64,000 nucleotides of DNA from an uncultured virus (IMG/VR IMGVR_UViG_3300018405_000012) (IMGVR_UViG_3300018405_000012), one strand, 5' to 3'; shown: positions 10,067-20,543, numbered from the stretch's first letter. The notes: a model not told the origin generated them from the sequence alone. Numbers and translations: made by a program.

Positions 10067-10139
10067 CGAAATTCTCCTTAGAACGAAGTGACTGTGTTCA
10101 AAATGCATAAAGCGGTGGGACACCCCACCGCCTGTATGG

Positions 10140-10829
10140 TTAAACAGTTTGCTTAAAGTGGTGCTTCAGGACGTTCAGCAGCGTCTGTTCGATTTCAGCA
10201 AAGACCTCCTCGATAGGGCGCTCGACATCCACCACCAGATACCGGCCTGGATCTTCCTGCACCTGATCCAGGTGAATCTGCCGGCTGCGCTGTTGGAACT
10301 CGAGCCCTTCCTTTTCCAGGCGGTCAAGCTTGCCACGGGCGATCATGCGCTCTTGCAGGTTGACCGGATCACCATCCAACAGGATGATAAGATCCGGCTT
10401 GAAGCTACCGATGGTCAGCGCATGGAGCTGCTTGAGCGTCGACACATCGATCTTGCGCCCGCCACCTTGGTGAGCGTACGTCGAATCGTAGTAACGCTCG
10501 CAGAAGACCAGCTTGCCCGCTTGCAAGGAGGGTTTGATCAGGACTTCCGTGTGTTGAACGCGACTGGCCAGATAAAGCAGGGCTTCGGTCATGTGAGTCC
10601 AGTCATCCTTGCCTTCACCGGTGCCCCAGATGACCAGTTCACGCAAGATTTCGGCTGATGGTGTACCACCCGGTTCACGGGTTCGAATGAAGTCGACTTC
10701 CTGACGCTGCATGAACTCAGTCACCATGTTAGCAATGGTGCTTTTGCCGGTGGCGTCGATGCCTTCTAGGGCGATGAAGAATCCAGGGGCGTTAGACGGA
10801 ATGGAGGTTATCACTTGATGTTCCTTCAT
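10140..10829 (-). CDS. tmk: Thymidylate (dTMP) kinase
   Basis: P-loop FIALEGIDATGKST, plus TREPGGT, ERYYDSTYAHQG and PDLIILLD. Confidence 0.95.
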   Translation of the reverse strand: MKEHQVITSIPSNAPGFFIALEGIDATGKSTIANMVTEFMQRQEVDFIRTREPGGTPSAEILRELVIWGTGEGKDDWTHMTEALLYLASRVQHTEVLIKPSLQAGKLVFCERYYDSTYAHQGGGRKIDVSTLKQLHALTIGSFKPDLIILLDGDPVNLQERMIARGKLDRLEKEGLEFQQRSRQIHLDQVQEDPGRYLVVDVERPIEEVFAEIEQTLLNVLKHHFKQTV

Positions 10830-10945
10830 TAACTAGATTGAACCACCAGTCCAGAAAATCTCGAACTGGGCTGGCTGTGGTTTCGGTAAATGCCATCATG
10901 ATCCGTTTCCTGAACCAGGGTGTGCCACGGCGACGATTCTTTCTC

Positions 10946-11629
10946 CTACGACCGATGTAAATCTTCTGTTTGCGCACGGACAGGCTCCTGCGGCATGGGA
11001 GGGATTTCAATCCCCCGCTTGATAAGCTCTTCTCTAGTGACTGACCACTGGCAGCGCCGTAAGTGGTAATAGACTAGGTCGTATTGAGCATCTAGTAATT
11101 CGGCAAGCTCGACCAATGTCATGCACCGACCTTCGAAAAATACATGGCGGTTGTTACGCTTATTCCGGTCTTGTTCTTTTCTAGTGGCCCACCGACAATT
11201 ACCCTTGGAATAGCCAGCATTAACATTCTTGCGTTCGATACTGTATTTTGGACCAGGTCGAGGACCCATGTCATTATAGAAATCCTTAAATGATTCACGC
11301 CACCTTTGACAGACCGCGATTCCTCTACCGCCGTAGTCCGAATAGTTTATAGCATTTCTGTTGTAACATCTTTCTTTCATTCGCCGCCAGGTTTTGTATT
11401 CAGCACTGTTAGCTAAACCGTGCGAATAATTCTTCAGTCGAGTTACCTCTATCTTCAGACATCCACAACTGGACTTATTACCGGACTTGAGATCTGCGCC
11501 AGACACTCGCAGTTCAGCCCCGCATTGGCATTTGCATACCCATGCGACTTTTCCGTACATGTTACCGTCACGGGAGATTACGGTCAGTCGACCGTATGTC
11601 CTGCCGACTAAGTCAACTAACTTTGACAT
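10946..11629 (-). mobile_element. Free-standing HNH-type homing endonuclease gene
   Basis: YGRLTV, CKCQCG, SCGC, YGGRGIAVCQRW and SIERKNVNAGYSKGNCRW are typical of phage HNH endonucleases; the DNA is AT-richer than its flanks. Confidence 0.85.
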
Positions 11630-11632
11630 CCA

Positions 11633-12268
11633 TCACCCCATTAGAGGAATTTCGACACCCCTCTTAATCAATTGCTTCTTGATCCAATCAATGAACTTTT
11701 CTCTTTCTTCCTTAATGTAGAGGTTGACACGTTGAGTTCCATGCATTATGGATATCTGAATACTTGTGTTTGTTCCTCCGTTCCAACGGGTGTTCTTTTT
11801 GTTGGCCGGTTTGGCATAAAACACCGTGATCCAGCGAGGGTCCTGGAGCGTTTCTGAGAGGACCTGGAACGCATTGCGGGTGTGTAGTCCAATCCCAGAC
11901 GGAAACAGCCCCTCGAAGCTCCCACGGGCTTTGAAAGCTATGGCACGGGCCTCGTAGATGGTGTCGTAGCGTTCTGCTTCATGGTACCCCCTGACCGGAT
12001 CGTGCTGGAGACCACGCTGGTTCTTGAGCTTGGTGAAGTAGATCTGGGCAGGCGGCAATGACGGCTTTTTCTCCAGCCCCTTGAGATAACCTCGATAGAA
12101 GAGTTCGTCTGAACCGGTGGCATCGCCTGTACAGAGAACCCCACCCAGCAGCGCCATACTTTCACCTATCCAGACCAGTATTGGTGCGACGTCTTCAGGA
12201 ACTTCCCGCGAGCCTACACCACACCACGTGAACGTCCACTCATATCCCAACGATTTCCATAGGTCCAT
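11633..12268 (-). CDS. SLOG/DprA-like family phage protein
   Basis: CGVGSRE..P, LCTGDATGSDELF, HTRNAFQVL and GGTNT fit the SLOG-type pattern common in phages. Confidence 0.65.
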   Translation of the reverse strand: MDLWKSLGYEWTFTWCGVGSREVPEDVAPILVWIGESMALLGGVLCTGDATGSDELFYRGYLKGLEKKPSLPPAQIYFTKLKNQRGLQHDPVRGYHEAERYDTIYEARAIAFKARGSFEGLFPSGIGLHTRNAFQVLSETLQDPRWITVFYAKPANKKNTRWNGGTNTSIQISIMHGTQRVNLYIKEEREKFIDWIKKQLIKRGVEIPLMG

Positions 12269-12286
12269 ACTTCCCCCTAGGGTGAG

Positions 12287-12649
12287 TTAAAATTTAGGGT
12301 AATTGCCTCGGGTCGTCACCAGCTGGAAATTGACGTCAGTGATGATACCGGGGTACTTTGAGACGATGTCTAAATGCGCTGCTTCAAACGCAATGCCTTC
12401 GTGCTGCTTCAACAGGTCAACCCGTTCCCAGTGTTCGGCCATCTGATTCAACAGGTCATTGCGATCAAAGGTCACTGGCGTCAGGATTTCGCCGGTAAAT
12501 TGCTGGGTGTTGGCAAGGCCGCGCAACGTCATCTTCAGATGACCCGGTAAGGGCGGATAGTCAGGATGGCCCTGATAGGCCATCTCATCGAGACTGTCGA
12601 CCATCATCAGGGCCCATTTGTCTAGCCACCAGATGTAGGTGTTATGCAT
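12287..12649 (-). CDS. Hypothetical protein
   Basis: 120-aa ORF overlapping the upstream stop. Confidence 0.55.
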   Translation of the reverse strand: MHNTYIWWLDKWALMMVDSLDEMAYQGHPDYPPLPGHLKMTLRGLANTQQFTGEILTPVTFDRNDLLNQMAEHWERVDLLKQHEGIAFEAAHLDIVSKYPGIITDVNFQLVTTRGNYPKF

Positions 12650-12821
12650 GGTCTTTATCCAAGGTTAGAGGGATCTGGATCAGGCCCTTTCGGATGGGGC
12701 TTAATCGATATTGAAAAGGCGAGTTCACTACACGGTATAATTCGGTTTGATTCAACTTACCTCCACGGTAAGCGAGTTCCAAAGCATCCCGTGTTTCGAA
12801 TTCACGAATAACGGGCTTCAT
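12642..12821 (-). CDS. Hypothetical small protein
   Basis: Start reassigned to MKPVIREF after AAGGA. Confidence 0.5.
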   Translation of the reverse strand: MKPVIREFETRDALELAYRGGKLNQTELYRVVNSPFQYRLSPIRKGLIQIPLTLDKDHA

Positions 12822-12926
12822 GGACCGTCCTTTTTGGTTTGGGTAACTATAACATTCAATGGATTTGTTTAAATTCACTCAGCAAAATAGAGCAGGGAGG
12901 CCGTAGCCTCCCTGTATGTGCGCGAT

Positions 12927-13211
12927 TTAAACGGCCTTGTAGAACTTGACGAACTTGGCCAGTGAAAGACTCTGGCTGTGCTTGTCGGTTGGCTGATCTT
13001 TAAAGATCACAGTGTCCTTACGCACCTCGATCAACCAGACCTTGGTGGCCTTACCATGACGGACGCTGGAATACCATGCGTTGCACGGACCGTTGAAGAC
13101 GATCGGGACAGGCTGTGGACGTTCTGGCAATTCGACACCCTTGTCCTGATAAAGGTCCTTGAGCTTGGACAGGCTGGTGGAATATGAAGGTTTAAGGTTC
13201 AGCTGACTCAT
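12927..13211 (-). CDS. Hypothetical protein
   Basis: 94-aa ORF with GAGGA SD. Confidence 0.55.
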   Translation of the reverse strand: MSQLNLKPSYSTSLSKLKDLYQDKGVELPERPQPVPIVFNGPCNAWYSSVRHGKATKVWLIEVRKDTVIFKDQPTDKHSQSLSLAKFVKFYKAV

Positions 13212-13935
13212 TTACTGGTTCCTCAGCGGAAGAATGGGGTTTGGATAAGGAGGTGGGGGTGGGTGTAAAGTGACGGGTAAACGAGTTGATTCCAAATTCG
13301 GGGTTAGAGATGACTTTGATTGAATCGATCATCACGCTGAGTTCCTGCACGGTGAGGGTGATGTCAGCCTGCAGGGCCAGACGGATACGTTCGATATCTT
13401 CGTCGTTAATCAAGGTGTGGCGGTTATCGGACAGCAATTCCAGCCTCAAGGTCCCAAGCGGGCTGCCTTGGATGTCCAAGACATTGGCTAAGACACTGAA
13501 GGGGGCATCTACCCCAGCCATAAGCGTCAGCAAGTGGTTCTGGTGACTCAAAAGCGTGAATGCGTTATGTTGGTAGCGGTGAAGTAACTTCGCCTCCCAG
13601 AAGGCCTCAGGATTGATCCTGAAGCGGTACTCATTCATGAGTCTTGATGCAGGTCTTCCCAAACGGCCGAAGTCGATACTGATCTCATTTCCCACATGGA
13701 GCAACTGGCGTTGCGTCAGGTGTTCGATGAAGGCAGGCAACGCTTCTTCAGTGAATATGGCATGACTGTGACGATCAGCCTGTTCACAAAAGAGAGCCAT
13801 CTCCCGGCTAAGATCAATGTCGGCAATGGCGACAACGGTAATGTGTCGTTCCTGGGGAGTGTTATCACGGTACGTAAAAGTAAGTATTTCTCCTGCTTTA
13901 ACAGACAGCCTCCCCAGCGTATGTTCATGGCTCAT
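13192..13935 (-). CDS. Hypothetical protein
   Basis: Start reassigned to MSHEH (GGAG SD); preceded by the TACAT promoter-like motif. Confidence 0.6.
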   Translation of the reverse strand: MSHEHTLGRLSVKAGEILTFTYRDNTPQERHITVVAIADIDLSREMALFCEQADRHSHAIFTEEALPAFIEHLTQRQLLHVGNEISIDFGRLGRPASRLMNEYRFRINPEAFWEAKLLHRYQHNAFTLLSHQNHLLTLMAGVDAPFSVLANVLDIQGSPLGTLRLELLSDNRHTLINDEDIERIRLALQADITLTVQELSVMIDSIKVISNPEFGINSFTRHFTPTPTSLSKPHSSAEEPVNESAEP

Positions 13936-13971
13936 AGCTGGTACTCCGTTGGTGTTATCGATGATCAACTC

Positions 13972-13990
13972 GATAATGTAGGGTCAAAAA
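13972..13990 (-). promoter_or_regulatory. Putative phage early promoter (TTTTGACCCTACATTAT)
   Basis: Shares its core with the repeated motif at 36.6, 47.6, 48.3, 48.6 and 62.5 kb. Confidence 0.55.
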
Positions 13991-14059
13991 CAGTTCTACT
14001 AGACATCCCCAACCCAATCACGGGCGGGGATGTCTAGTATGGCTGCCTTGGGCTGATGG

Positions 14060-15421
14060 TCACTGCGCTAAGTATTTCTGGTAGGCGGGGGCGTGCCGAT
14101 CCACCATCACAATCACTTGCGTGGTGATCTGATGGACTTTCTGATGCAACCCTGTACCTGCCAGTGCCGAATACCCATGGGCATGGACCACCACCCCATT
14201 CACAAACGCTGGCTCGTCATTGACCATGAAACCTACTTCACATTGAAGCCCAGGGGTGATCAGATCCGGATCACTGTTTTCCCAGGCCATCATGAAGAAG
14301 GCACCATTGCGCTCGACAAGCTTGCTGGCTTCGTGAAAGGCGTTGGAGTGAAGCATGTCGTCCGTCACCCGTGACATGGGATTTGCTTGACGGCTAATTG
14401 CCTCGTATTCATTAGCGTTGTTAGTTCTTTTTGCCACGGCGCGATTCCCGCCCGTCTCGAAAAACCCCTCGATCAAGTTCTCGGTATTAACGAAGCGGGT
14501 GGCATTGCCCTCATTAAGCAGCCGTGTCTCCGACGGATCGATCCGCTGGATACCCCCAGTCACCACCACGGTCAGGTGCTTATCCACCACGCGATAGGTT
14601 CTCTCGATCCCGCGCATTTTACTGCTGGGTGCGATGATGAACGAGGCGGTGTGTTCGGCTGTGTCAAACCGCTTGTGGTTATACAGTGGCCAGACATGCC
14701 AGTACCCTTTCTGCAGGTAACATCCAATGTCAGCTGTGTAGATCCCGCCGTATTGCCGCTGGAGTTTCTGGGCGACGCTGACCAGCGGGATACCGTGAGG
14801 CAGGATGACAGTGGTACGAGGTGTCTGATTATTCGGTGGGATGCTGTTGATGCCCAGCACCGCATTCTCCTGATCCATCTCCATGGTCTGGATCGACCGG
14901 TTCAACAGCGAGATCAGGATGTCAAACGGCCGGCTGTCTCGGAAGACCCCACCAACCATCTCGGAACGGATCAGTGAAAACGCCGGGTCCTGCAGCTGAA
15001 CGCTGAAGGTCTTAAGTCCCACCAAGTCGGAGGATTCCTCATCAGCCGTTTCGGGTCGATGGGCAATCGAATCGGTTTCTGCTTCCGCTTGAAGGTAGGC
15101 GTTAAAGGTCTGCTCGAGAATGGGATCGGCAAGCATCGCCCCAGTGGAATCCACTGGGGTCCGGATCAACGTGAGCTTCAGGGCTTCCTTGAACGGCAAG
15201 ATACGGTTCAGGTACTGACCCCAGCGCACGGTGAGTTGGATCAGCATCTCATCGCCAGCCGCATTGCGGTAGTCCCGAATCCAGTCCATGCTCACCACGG
15301 ACATGGCTTCGATCTCTTCCTTGGCCGTGACCAGAATGGCGGTATACGTGTAGTAGCGCCCCATCCCCTCCAGTTCGACCAGTCGGTATTCATTACCTAG
15401 AGTTGTTTGGGTGAACTCCAT
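14060..15421 (-). CDS. Virion structural protein, baseplate hub-like (phiKZ gp101-like)
   Basis: 453 aa with YGGIYTADIGCYLQ...VWPLY and WENSDPDLITPG; position at the end of the structural block. Confidence 0.6.
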   Translation of the reverse strand: MEFTQTTLGNEYRLVELEGMGRYYTYTAILVTAKEEIEAMSVVSMDWIRDYRNAAGDEMLIQLTVRWGQYLNRILPFKEALKLTLIRTPVDSTGAMLADPILEQTFNAYLQAEAETDSIAHRPETADEESSDLVGLKTFSVQLQDPAFSLIRSEMVGGVFRDSRPFDILISLLNRSIQTMEMDQENAVLGINSIPPNNQTPRTTVILPHGIPLVSVAQKLQRQYGGIYTADIGCYLQKGYWHVWPLYNHKRFDTAEHTASFIIAPSSKMRGIERTYRVVDKHLTVVVTGGIQRIDPSETRLLNEGNATRFVNTENLIEGFFETGGNRAVAKRTNNANEYEAISRQANPMSRVTDDMLHSNAFHEASKLVERNGAFFMMAWENSDPDLITPGLQCEVGFMVNDEPAFVNGVVVHAHGYSALAGTGLHQKVHQITTQVIVMVDRHAPAYQKYLAQ

Positions 15422-15438
15422 TTGTACACCTCATTGGG

Positions 15439-16017
15439 TCAGCGGCGGGTGGGAGTGGCATTGCGCTGACTGAGCAGCTTCTCGATACGATCGACCAATG
15501 GGTTGGTCTCCTGCACGTCGATCCCCACACCTGTTGGGTTGAACAATGCCTCTGCTCCAAAGATCCCGCCAAACAACGACGACACCATCTTGAGACGAGG
15601 AACATCTTCAACCTTGGGCTTGAAGCCGATCACGGTTGGGCGGATGGACTCTGCAAACTCGGCCATCAGACCAAGTGATTCCAGAGGCGCATCCTTGATG
15701 TTGGGGTCTCGGTCGATGTACGTCAGCCAGTTATTCAGGTGACAGACCAGTACCTCATAGATCGTAACCAGATCCTGAGGGGTCTGAAAGCGCACATCGG
15801 CGCCTTTCTCGAACAGTTTCAGGATGTCAGCAATGGTGCCGCCGACATTGACATATTCGTTCATCAGGTTCTGGTCGAGGACCTTGTCGCCTGAGGACAG
15901 ATGGCCCACCACTGTGTTGTACTGCTTAGAGTACCGGTGATAGGCCGGGATGGCGTACAGGTACGTCTGGTGAAAGATGTGGTGGGAGATGGCTTTAGGA
16001 TCGGTGTCGAGGGCCAT
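15439..16017 (-). CDS. Conserved phiKZ-like protein (gp100-like)
   Basis: 192 aa; translationally coupled to the upstream gene; synteny. Confidence 0.55.
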   Translation of the reverse strand: MALDTDPKAISHHIFHQTYLYAIPAYHRYSKQYNTVVGHLSSGDKVLDQNLMNEYVNVGGTIADILKLFEKGADVRFQTPQDLVTIYEVLVCHLNNWLTYIDRDPNIKDAPLESLGLMAEFAESIRPTVIGFKPKVEDVPRLKMVSSLFGGIFGAEALFNPTGVGIDVQETNPLVDRIEKLLSQRNATPTRR

Positions 16018-17414
16018 TACTTGATTCTCCGCTGATAGACCTTCAGCAAGGTAAACAGGATCGGGATGTAGTAGAACCGTTCGACGTTATCCCAACGGAT
16101 CGCGTCAGTACACAGTTCGTCCAGTGTCTTCAGGTCGATGGCATCACCACGAATGGCGGCCAGGGCCAGTGTCTCGAGCTTGCTCAGACGACGATCTGGT
16201 GTGTGTAGGTAAAAGTCCTTGCTGAGCACATAGTAATCATCCACCGTCACCCGTTTGATTTTAGGTGCCCGGTCAGGATCTTTCTGTTCGTACAGGTCAA
16301 GGACAGGTTCATCGACCAAGGTGTTCTTGATCAGCCGATTCAGTTCGCTAAAGCGCGCGCACCCTCGAACCAGCTGGGTCAGGGCAGGGTCGTACATGCC
16401 ATTGTATCCGGCATCGACGTTGGTGGGGGCCATGTTCGGGTAAACGATGGTCTCCACGCCGCTGTAATAGACACTGTTAAGGGTAGGGCGCCCATTCCAG
16501 AACTGCTTGATGTCAACCAGGCCTGCCTGATGCACACTCATGCTCAGTAGGTTCTCATCCATCGCTTCCAGACAATTCCAGAAGGTGAACTCGTACATGG
16601 TCTGATCACCCTGCACGTTGAACTCGGTGATCTGTCGAATGACCGGATGGTCATCGGTGGTCAGAATGGTTTTCAGGTAACGGACAATGAATGGGTCGTA
16701 GGTTACACGGGGCTGATTGGGCACCAACAGGGTCTTTCGGTCACGGGAGAAGAAGTCATGGAAGTACAGCGTAATCAAACGCCCGTAATGCTCCTTCATC
16801 CGATTGACCAGACCTGTCTGCTCATCGCTCAGCAGCGGACTGTTGCCGGTGTCGAGGAAGTCCTTGTGAAAGACCGACCGCTCGACAACCTTACGCTCCA
16901 TGTTATCGCGCAGTTCCTGGGTACTGAACTGGATCAGTTGATATTCGATCTCATGGATGGTGGAGGTGTAATGACTCAAGCGGTTAGAACTGATGACCGA
17001 CAGTAGCCCTTCACGCCCATCGCCGATGTCCGCCAAGAAACAATCACCTTCCTTGGGGATCAGGACCCCGTAAACATTGGCACTGCCTTTCAGGGTAATG
17101 TCCTTGCTGTCACTTGCCTGAGAGGATGCCAGCGGGCTGGTGACTTTAAGCTCAAACCCCTGAATCAGTTTATATTGCTGGTAGACCGGATGACTGTCCA
17201 GTTCAAATTGACGATTGTCATCGTCCCGACCACGAACCAGCGAGAACCAATCAACGGTCCATGACTGGCCGGCGATGTTGGTCAGGAGTTGGTCGAAGCG
17301 GACTTCTTTCGTATCGACCGTGGCGCTGACGTACGCCTTAGGCTGCACCTTGACCGGTTCAACTTTCGGGGTCGAAGTGACCGTGTCGATATTGCGGGGA
17401 GTTGGGATAGGCAT
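16017..17414 (-). CDS. Virion structural protein (phiKZ gp99-like)
   Basis: 465 aa with IPKEGDCFLADIGDGR, YDPF and ERFYYIPIL; synteny. Confidence 0.6.
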   Translation of the reverse strand: MPIPTPRNIDTVTSTPKVEPVKVQPKAYVSATVDTKEVRFDQLLTNIAGQSWTVDWFSLVRGRDDDNRQFELDSHPVYQQYKLIQGFELKVTSPLASSQASDSKDITLKGSANVYGVLIPKEGDCFLADIGDGREGLLSVISSNRLSHYTSTIHEIEYQLIQFSTQELRDNMERKVVERSVFHKDFLDTGNSPLLSDEQTGLVNRMKEHYGRLITLYFHDFFSRDRKTLLVPNQPRVTYDPFIVRYLKTILTTDDHPVIRQITEFNVQGDQTMYEFTFWNCLEAMDENLLSMSVHQAGLVDIKQFWNGRPTLNSVYYSGVETIVYPNMAPTNVDAGYNGMYDPALTQLVRGCARFSELNRLIKNTLVDEPVLDLYEQKDPDRAPKIKRVTVDDYYVLSKDFYLHTPDRRLSKLETLALAAIRGDAIDLKTLDELCTDAIRWDNVERFYYIPILFTLLKVYQRRIK

Positions 17415-17424
17415 GGACTTACCT

Positions 17425-19065
17425 TCAATTACGGTTGTCGGCGATGATGGTCAGGTACTCAACGTACGGGATGTCCATCCGGAAGCCAAAGTTGGTTTCA
17501 TTGCCGTACCAGCTTTCGTGGTCGTGGCGATCATTGTTGATGCCCTGACCGTCTTCAGCCTGTTCGCCATTGATGTTTGTATTGCCGTACCGCTGCTGGC
17601 GCATGAAGCCAAAGAAGCGCTTGATGTACGGGATACTCAGACGACCTTCGCTGTCGAGGTGGTTGGCAACTGCATCTTCCACGTCCAGTCGATTGACGAC
17701 CGACTGAAACAACCTGAGGGTCAGTAGACCGTTCTCGTGCAGGGACATCAGTGTCTCTTCCCGGTACTTGGACAGCTCGGTGCAGAAATCCAAACGCAGG
17801 TGGTAGCGCTGGCGCAGGTCGGCAGGCGTCTTGCAACGTACCTCGAACGCCTTGTCGGTCAATACGATCTCAAGGTCACCGTCGACAATAGGCTCAAGAT
17901 CACGGAAGAGAGTGAAATGCAGACCAGCATGACCTAGGCGCACCAGGGCGTCTCCGGCATCACGCATGTATGCAATCACTTCAGGTATCAGCCCGGTGTT
18001 CAGGACATCCTGCTCACCCAGGATCAAATGTAGGTCCTTGGGTTCGAACACCACCATCCAGTTGATCAGCGACGTGGTGTAAGGCAGAACAGACTTAGGT
18101 ATCCATTCATCGTAGTCTGGGATGCTGATACCACCCAAGGCTCTTGGCGGGATACGGGCCAGCAGATCGAAGTGGTCCAGTGCAAACCGGTAATCGCTCT
18201 TGTACGACGGTAGACGCAGCGGGTCTTCTTCTTTTGGCTTGACCACCAAGTAGTCAGATGAGATCAACTGATTGTGCACCACCTGCGGATAAACCACATT
18301 CAGTTCGACCGGCTTGTGGTAGTTGAAGCGATAGTTGAACTGGATCAGGTAACTCGGCCCGTCCTCGTTCTTTTCTTCCTCAACTGGAAGATCAAAGTCA
18401 AACCACCCCTGCACACCCAGTTGCTTCTCGGCAATCACCAACAAGGTATTGACATCACTGCCTGCCTGATTGGTGAGGACCGTAGCGCGTTTGGTGTAAT
18501 GCTTCTTGAGGTACTGACCGAGGCTATCACCGTACCCGGCCACACTTTCACGCAGTTCGTGAATGTGGATCAACAACCCTGCACAGAAGTTCGGCACCGG
18601 GAAATGGTAGTCGACCTCATGCAGGTGAGACTGACGATTGTCAGCCATCCGGATCTTGATGTCGTCACGCCAGATCATGGCCTCTTGCTTGGATTTGGCC
18701 CGGTAGGTGAAATTCAATTCCATGTCCGTGGCACTGTAGACCGGTTTGATGTGGACCCCGATCATGGGGTCTGCAAAGATCGGTTGTGCGTATGGATGAC
18801 GAACCTCAGCGTTGATCACTTCAGAATCCGAATAGGTTTCACGGAAACTGACCATGACTCGACCATCATTCGGTAGGCGGTTAACCAACCTATCATCCGT
18901 CAATTCAGACCCAGGCTGAGCAGCCGTCTGGCTATCGCCTCGAATCTCCACCCGTGTGGTTTCCTCCATCCGGGTAATGCGCAGTAGATTGTTGATCACC
19001 GACTTGGCAACCCGGCGGGAGACCGCATCGTAAGAGTGCGGAATAGGAATCAGTAGATTGGGCAT
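17425..19065 (-). CDS. Virion structural protein (phiKZ gp98-like)
   Basis: 546 aa with KPVY, YPQVVHNQLI and IPDYDEW; synteny. Confidence 0.6.
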   Translation of the reverse strand: MPNLLIPIPHSYDAVSRRVAKSVINNLLRITRMEETTRVEIRGDSQTAAQPGSELTDDRLVNRLPNDGRVMVSFRETYSDSEVINAEVRHPYAQPIFADPMIGVHIKPVYSATDMELNFTYRAKSKQEAMIWRDDIKIRMADNRQSHLHEVDYHFPVPNFCAGLLIHIHELRESVAGYGDSLGQYLKKHYTKRATVLTNQAGSDVNTLLVIAEKQLGVQGWFDFDLPVEEEKNEDGPSYLIQFNYRFNYHKPVELNVVYPQVVHNQLISSDYLVVKPKEEDPLRLPSYKSDYRFALDHFDLLARIPPRALGGISIPDYDEWIPKSVLPYTTSLINWMVVFEPKDLHLILGEQDVLNTGLIPEVIAYMRDAGDALVRLGHAGLHFTLFRDLEPIVDGDLEIVLTDKAFEVRCKTPADLRQRYHLRLDFCTELSKYREETLMSLHENGLLTLRLFQSVVNRLDVEDAVANHLDSEGRLSIPYIKRFFGFMRQQRYGNTNINGEQAEDGQGINNDRHDHESWYGNETNFGFRMDIPYVEYLTIIADNRN

Positions 19066-19108
19066 GGTATCCCCAGAGAGTAGATAAAGTCATAAGATCG
19101 GGCATAAA

Positions 19109-19128
19109 GGGAGGGCCGAGGCCCTCCC
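19109..19128. terminator. Hairpin terminator-like element
   Basis: GGGAGGGC-cgag-GCCCTCCC. Confidence 0.6.
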
Positions 19129-19136
19129 CGTATACA

Positions 19137-20543
19137 TCAGCGGTTGACCGCAGCGTAAGCCTTGGCTTGCTCCTCAACCACGTACAGCAGACCGTGCATC
19201 AAACGGAACACTGGTGCCTGCAGGGTGGTGATCTGGTAGAACGCCTTGTCCAGGATCATGAACATGCCGCTCACGCCTACATCCAGACCACGCCACAGTT
19301 CGTTGTTGAGCTGAGGCATCGAGGATGTCTGGACCACAGCCGAAAGGCGGTTGTAGACCTTGCTGGCTTCGCGCCAAGCAATGGACAGCTCGGTGTAGTA
19401 GCTGTAGTTGGACAGAGCTGCATCTTCGAAGATCGCGATGACTTGATCGAGCATGCCTTTCAGAGTCTCGATGTCATCAGCCTTGGTGGAAAGGTTACCC
19501 GTGCGACGGTACTTGATCATCGCCTGATTCAGCTCGAGCAGACGCACCAGCTCCATGATCCATTCGGCATCACGATACCGGGTACGGTACGAGGCCGACG
19601 GGTCGATGAAAGTGATACCGCCAGGCACCTCGATGTCACGCTTGATGAGCTTTTCGACAGGCCATTCTGCTGACGCTTCCTTGAACGCCTTCTTCAGGAT
19701 GTCTTCGGCGACGTTGGAGTCGACCGCCATGATCACCCGCCCCAATGCATCGGCCAGGACAGCCGACCGCTTGGTTGCTTCAGGTGCCAGCGTCTCGATA
19801 CCACCTTCGAGGAGCTTCATGCAGGTAGCCGCGGCCTCTTGCAGACTCTTCTTGTCCAGCGGCAGTGGAGCACCGGCCGCGTAGAGCATGACCGCCTGTT
19901 CTGGAGCGTAGCGCAGAGGTTTGGCGGGGATGCCGTATTCTTCCGGGATGCTCGACAGACGTTTTTGAACAGCCCCGATGCGCAAGCGCATCGATTCGGT
20001 TGTGATGGCGCCACGGCGGAAGTGCAGGGCCATGTTGTCGAACTTTTCCTTGATCCACTTCTTCAAGCCGGCCAGGGTCTTCTTAACGAAGTCGACTACC
20101 GATTCCATGGATACGTGCGTGATCTGATCATTTTCAGTCACGACAACCGGAGCTTCTTCGCCGACGGTGGTGGCGATGTTGGCCAACGCAGCGTTGGCAG
20201 TAGCCACCGCGCCAGAATCCAGCGATTCCATCGAGGCGATGGTAGCCAGCATTTCCATGGAGCTGACCACCCCTTGGACGGTAGTGCGTACCGACTCGAT
20301 GTCATTGCGCATCTGTGCATGGGCCTGTTCGTTTTCTTCGAGGTAGGACTCGACGACTTCACGCAGGCTTTGCTCATCACCGTACCGCTCATTCTGAATG
20401 TGAGCCACAGCATCGGCTTGGATCTGTTCCAGCTCGATGGTCTGGAGGGTTTCCACTGGACCGATATCCGATTCCATGGAGGGAGTCAAATCCTTCAGTG
20501 CGCCGAGGGACGCTGCCAGGATAGATTCGAGACTTGTTTTCAT
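19137..20543 (-). CDS. Internal head/inner-body protein with cleavable propeptide
   Basis: Acidic N-terminal third with SLE and four SME sites, followed by the amphipathic helix VVDFVKKTLAGLKKWIKE. Confidence 0.75.
   Translation of the reverse strand: MKTSLESILAASLGALKDLTPSMESDIGPVETLQTIELEQIQADAVAHIQNERYGDEQSLREVVESYLEENEQAHAQMRNDIESVRTTVQGVVSSMEMLATIASMESLDSGAVATANAALANIATTVGEEAPVVVTENDQITHVSMESVVDFVKKTLAGLKKWIKEKFDNMALHFRRGAITTESMRLRIGAVQKRLSSIPEEYGIPAKPLRYAPEQAVMLYAAGAPLPLDKKSLQEAAATCMKLLEGGIETLAPEATKRSAVLADALGRVIMAVDSNVAEDILKKAFKEASAEWPVEKLIKRDIEVPGGITFIDPSASYRTRYRDAEWIMELVRLLELNQAMIKYRRTGNLSTKADDIETLKGMLDQVIAIFEDAALSNYSYYTELSIAWREASKVYNRLSAVVQTSSMPQLNNELWRGLDVGVSGMFMILDKAFYQITTLQAPVFRLMHGLLYVVEEQAKAYAAVNR

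Noticed and set aside
13972..13990. TTGACC/TTCAAC plus TACATT read as a host sigma70 promoter
   Set aside because: The hexamers are only 1-2 nt apart, which is incompatible with -35/-10 spacing.
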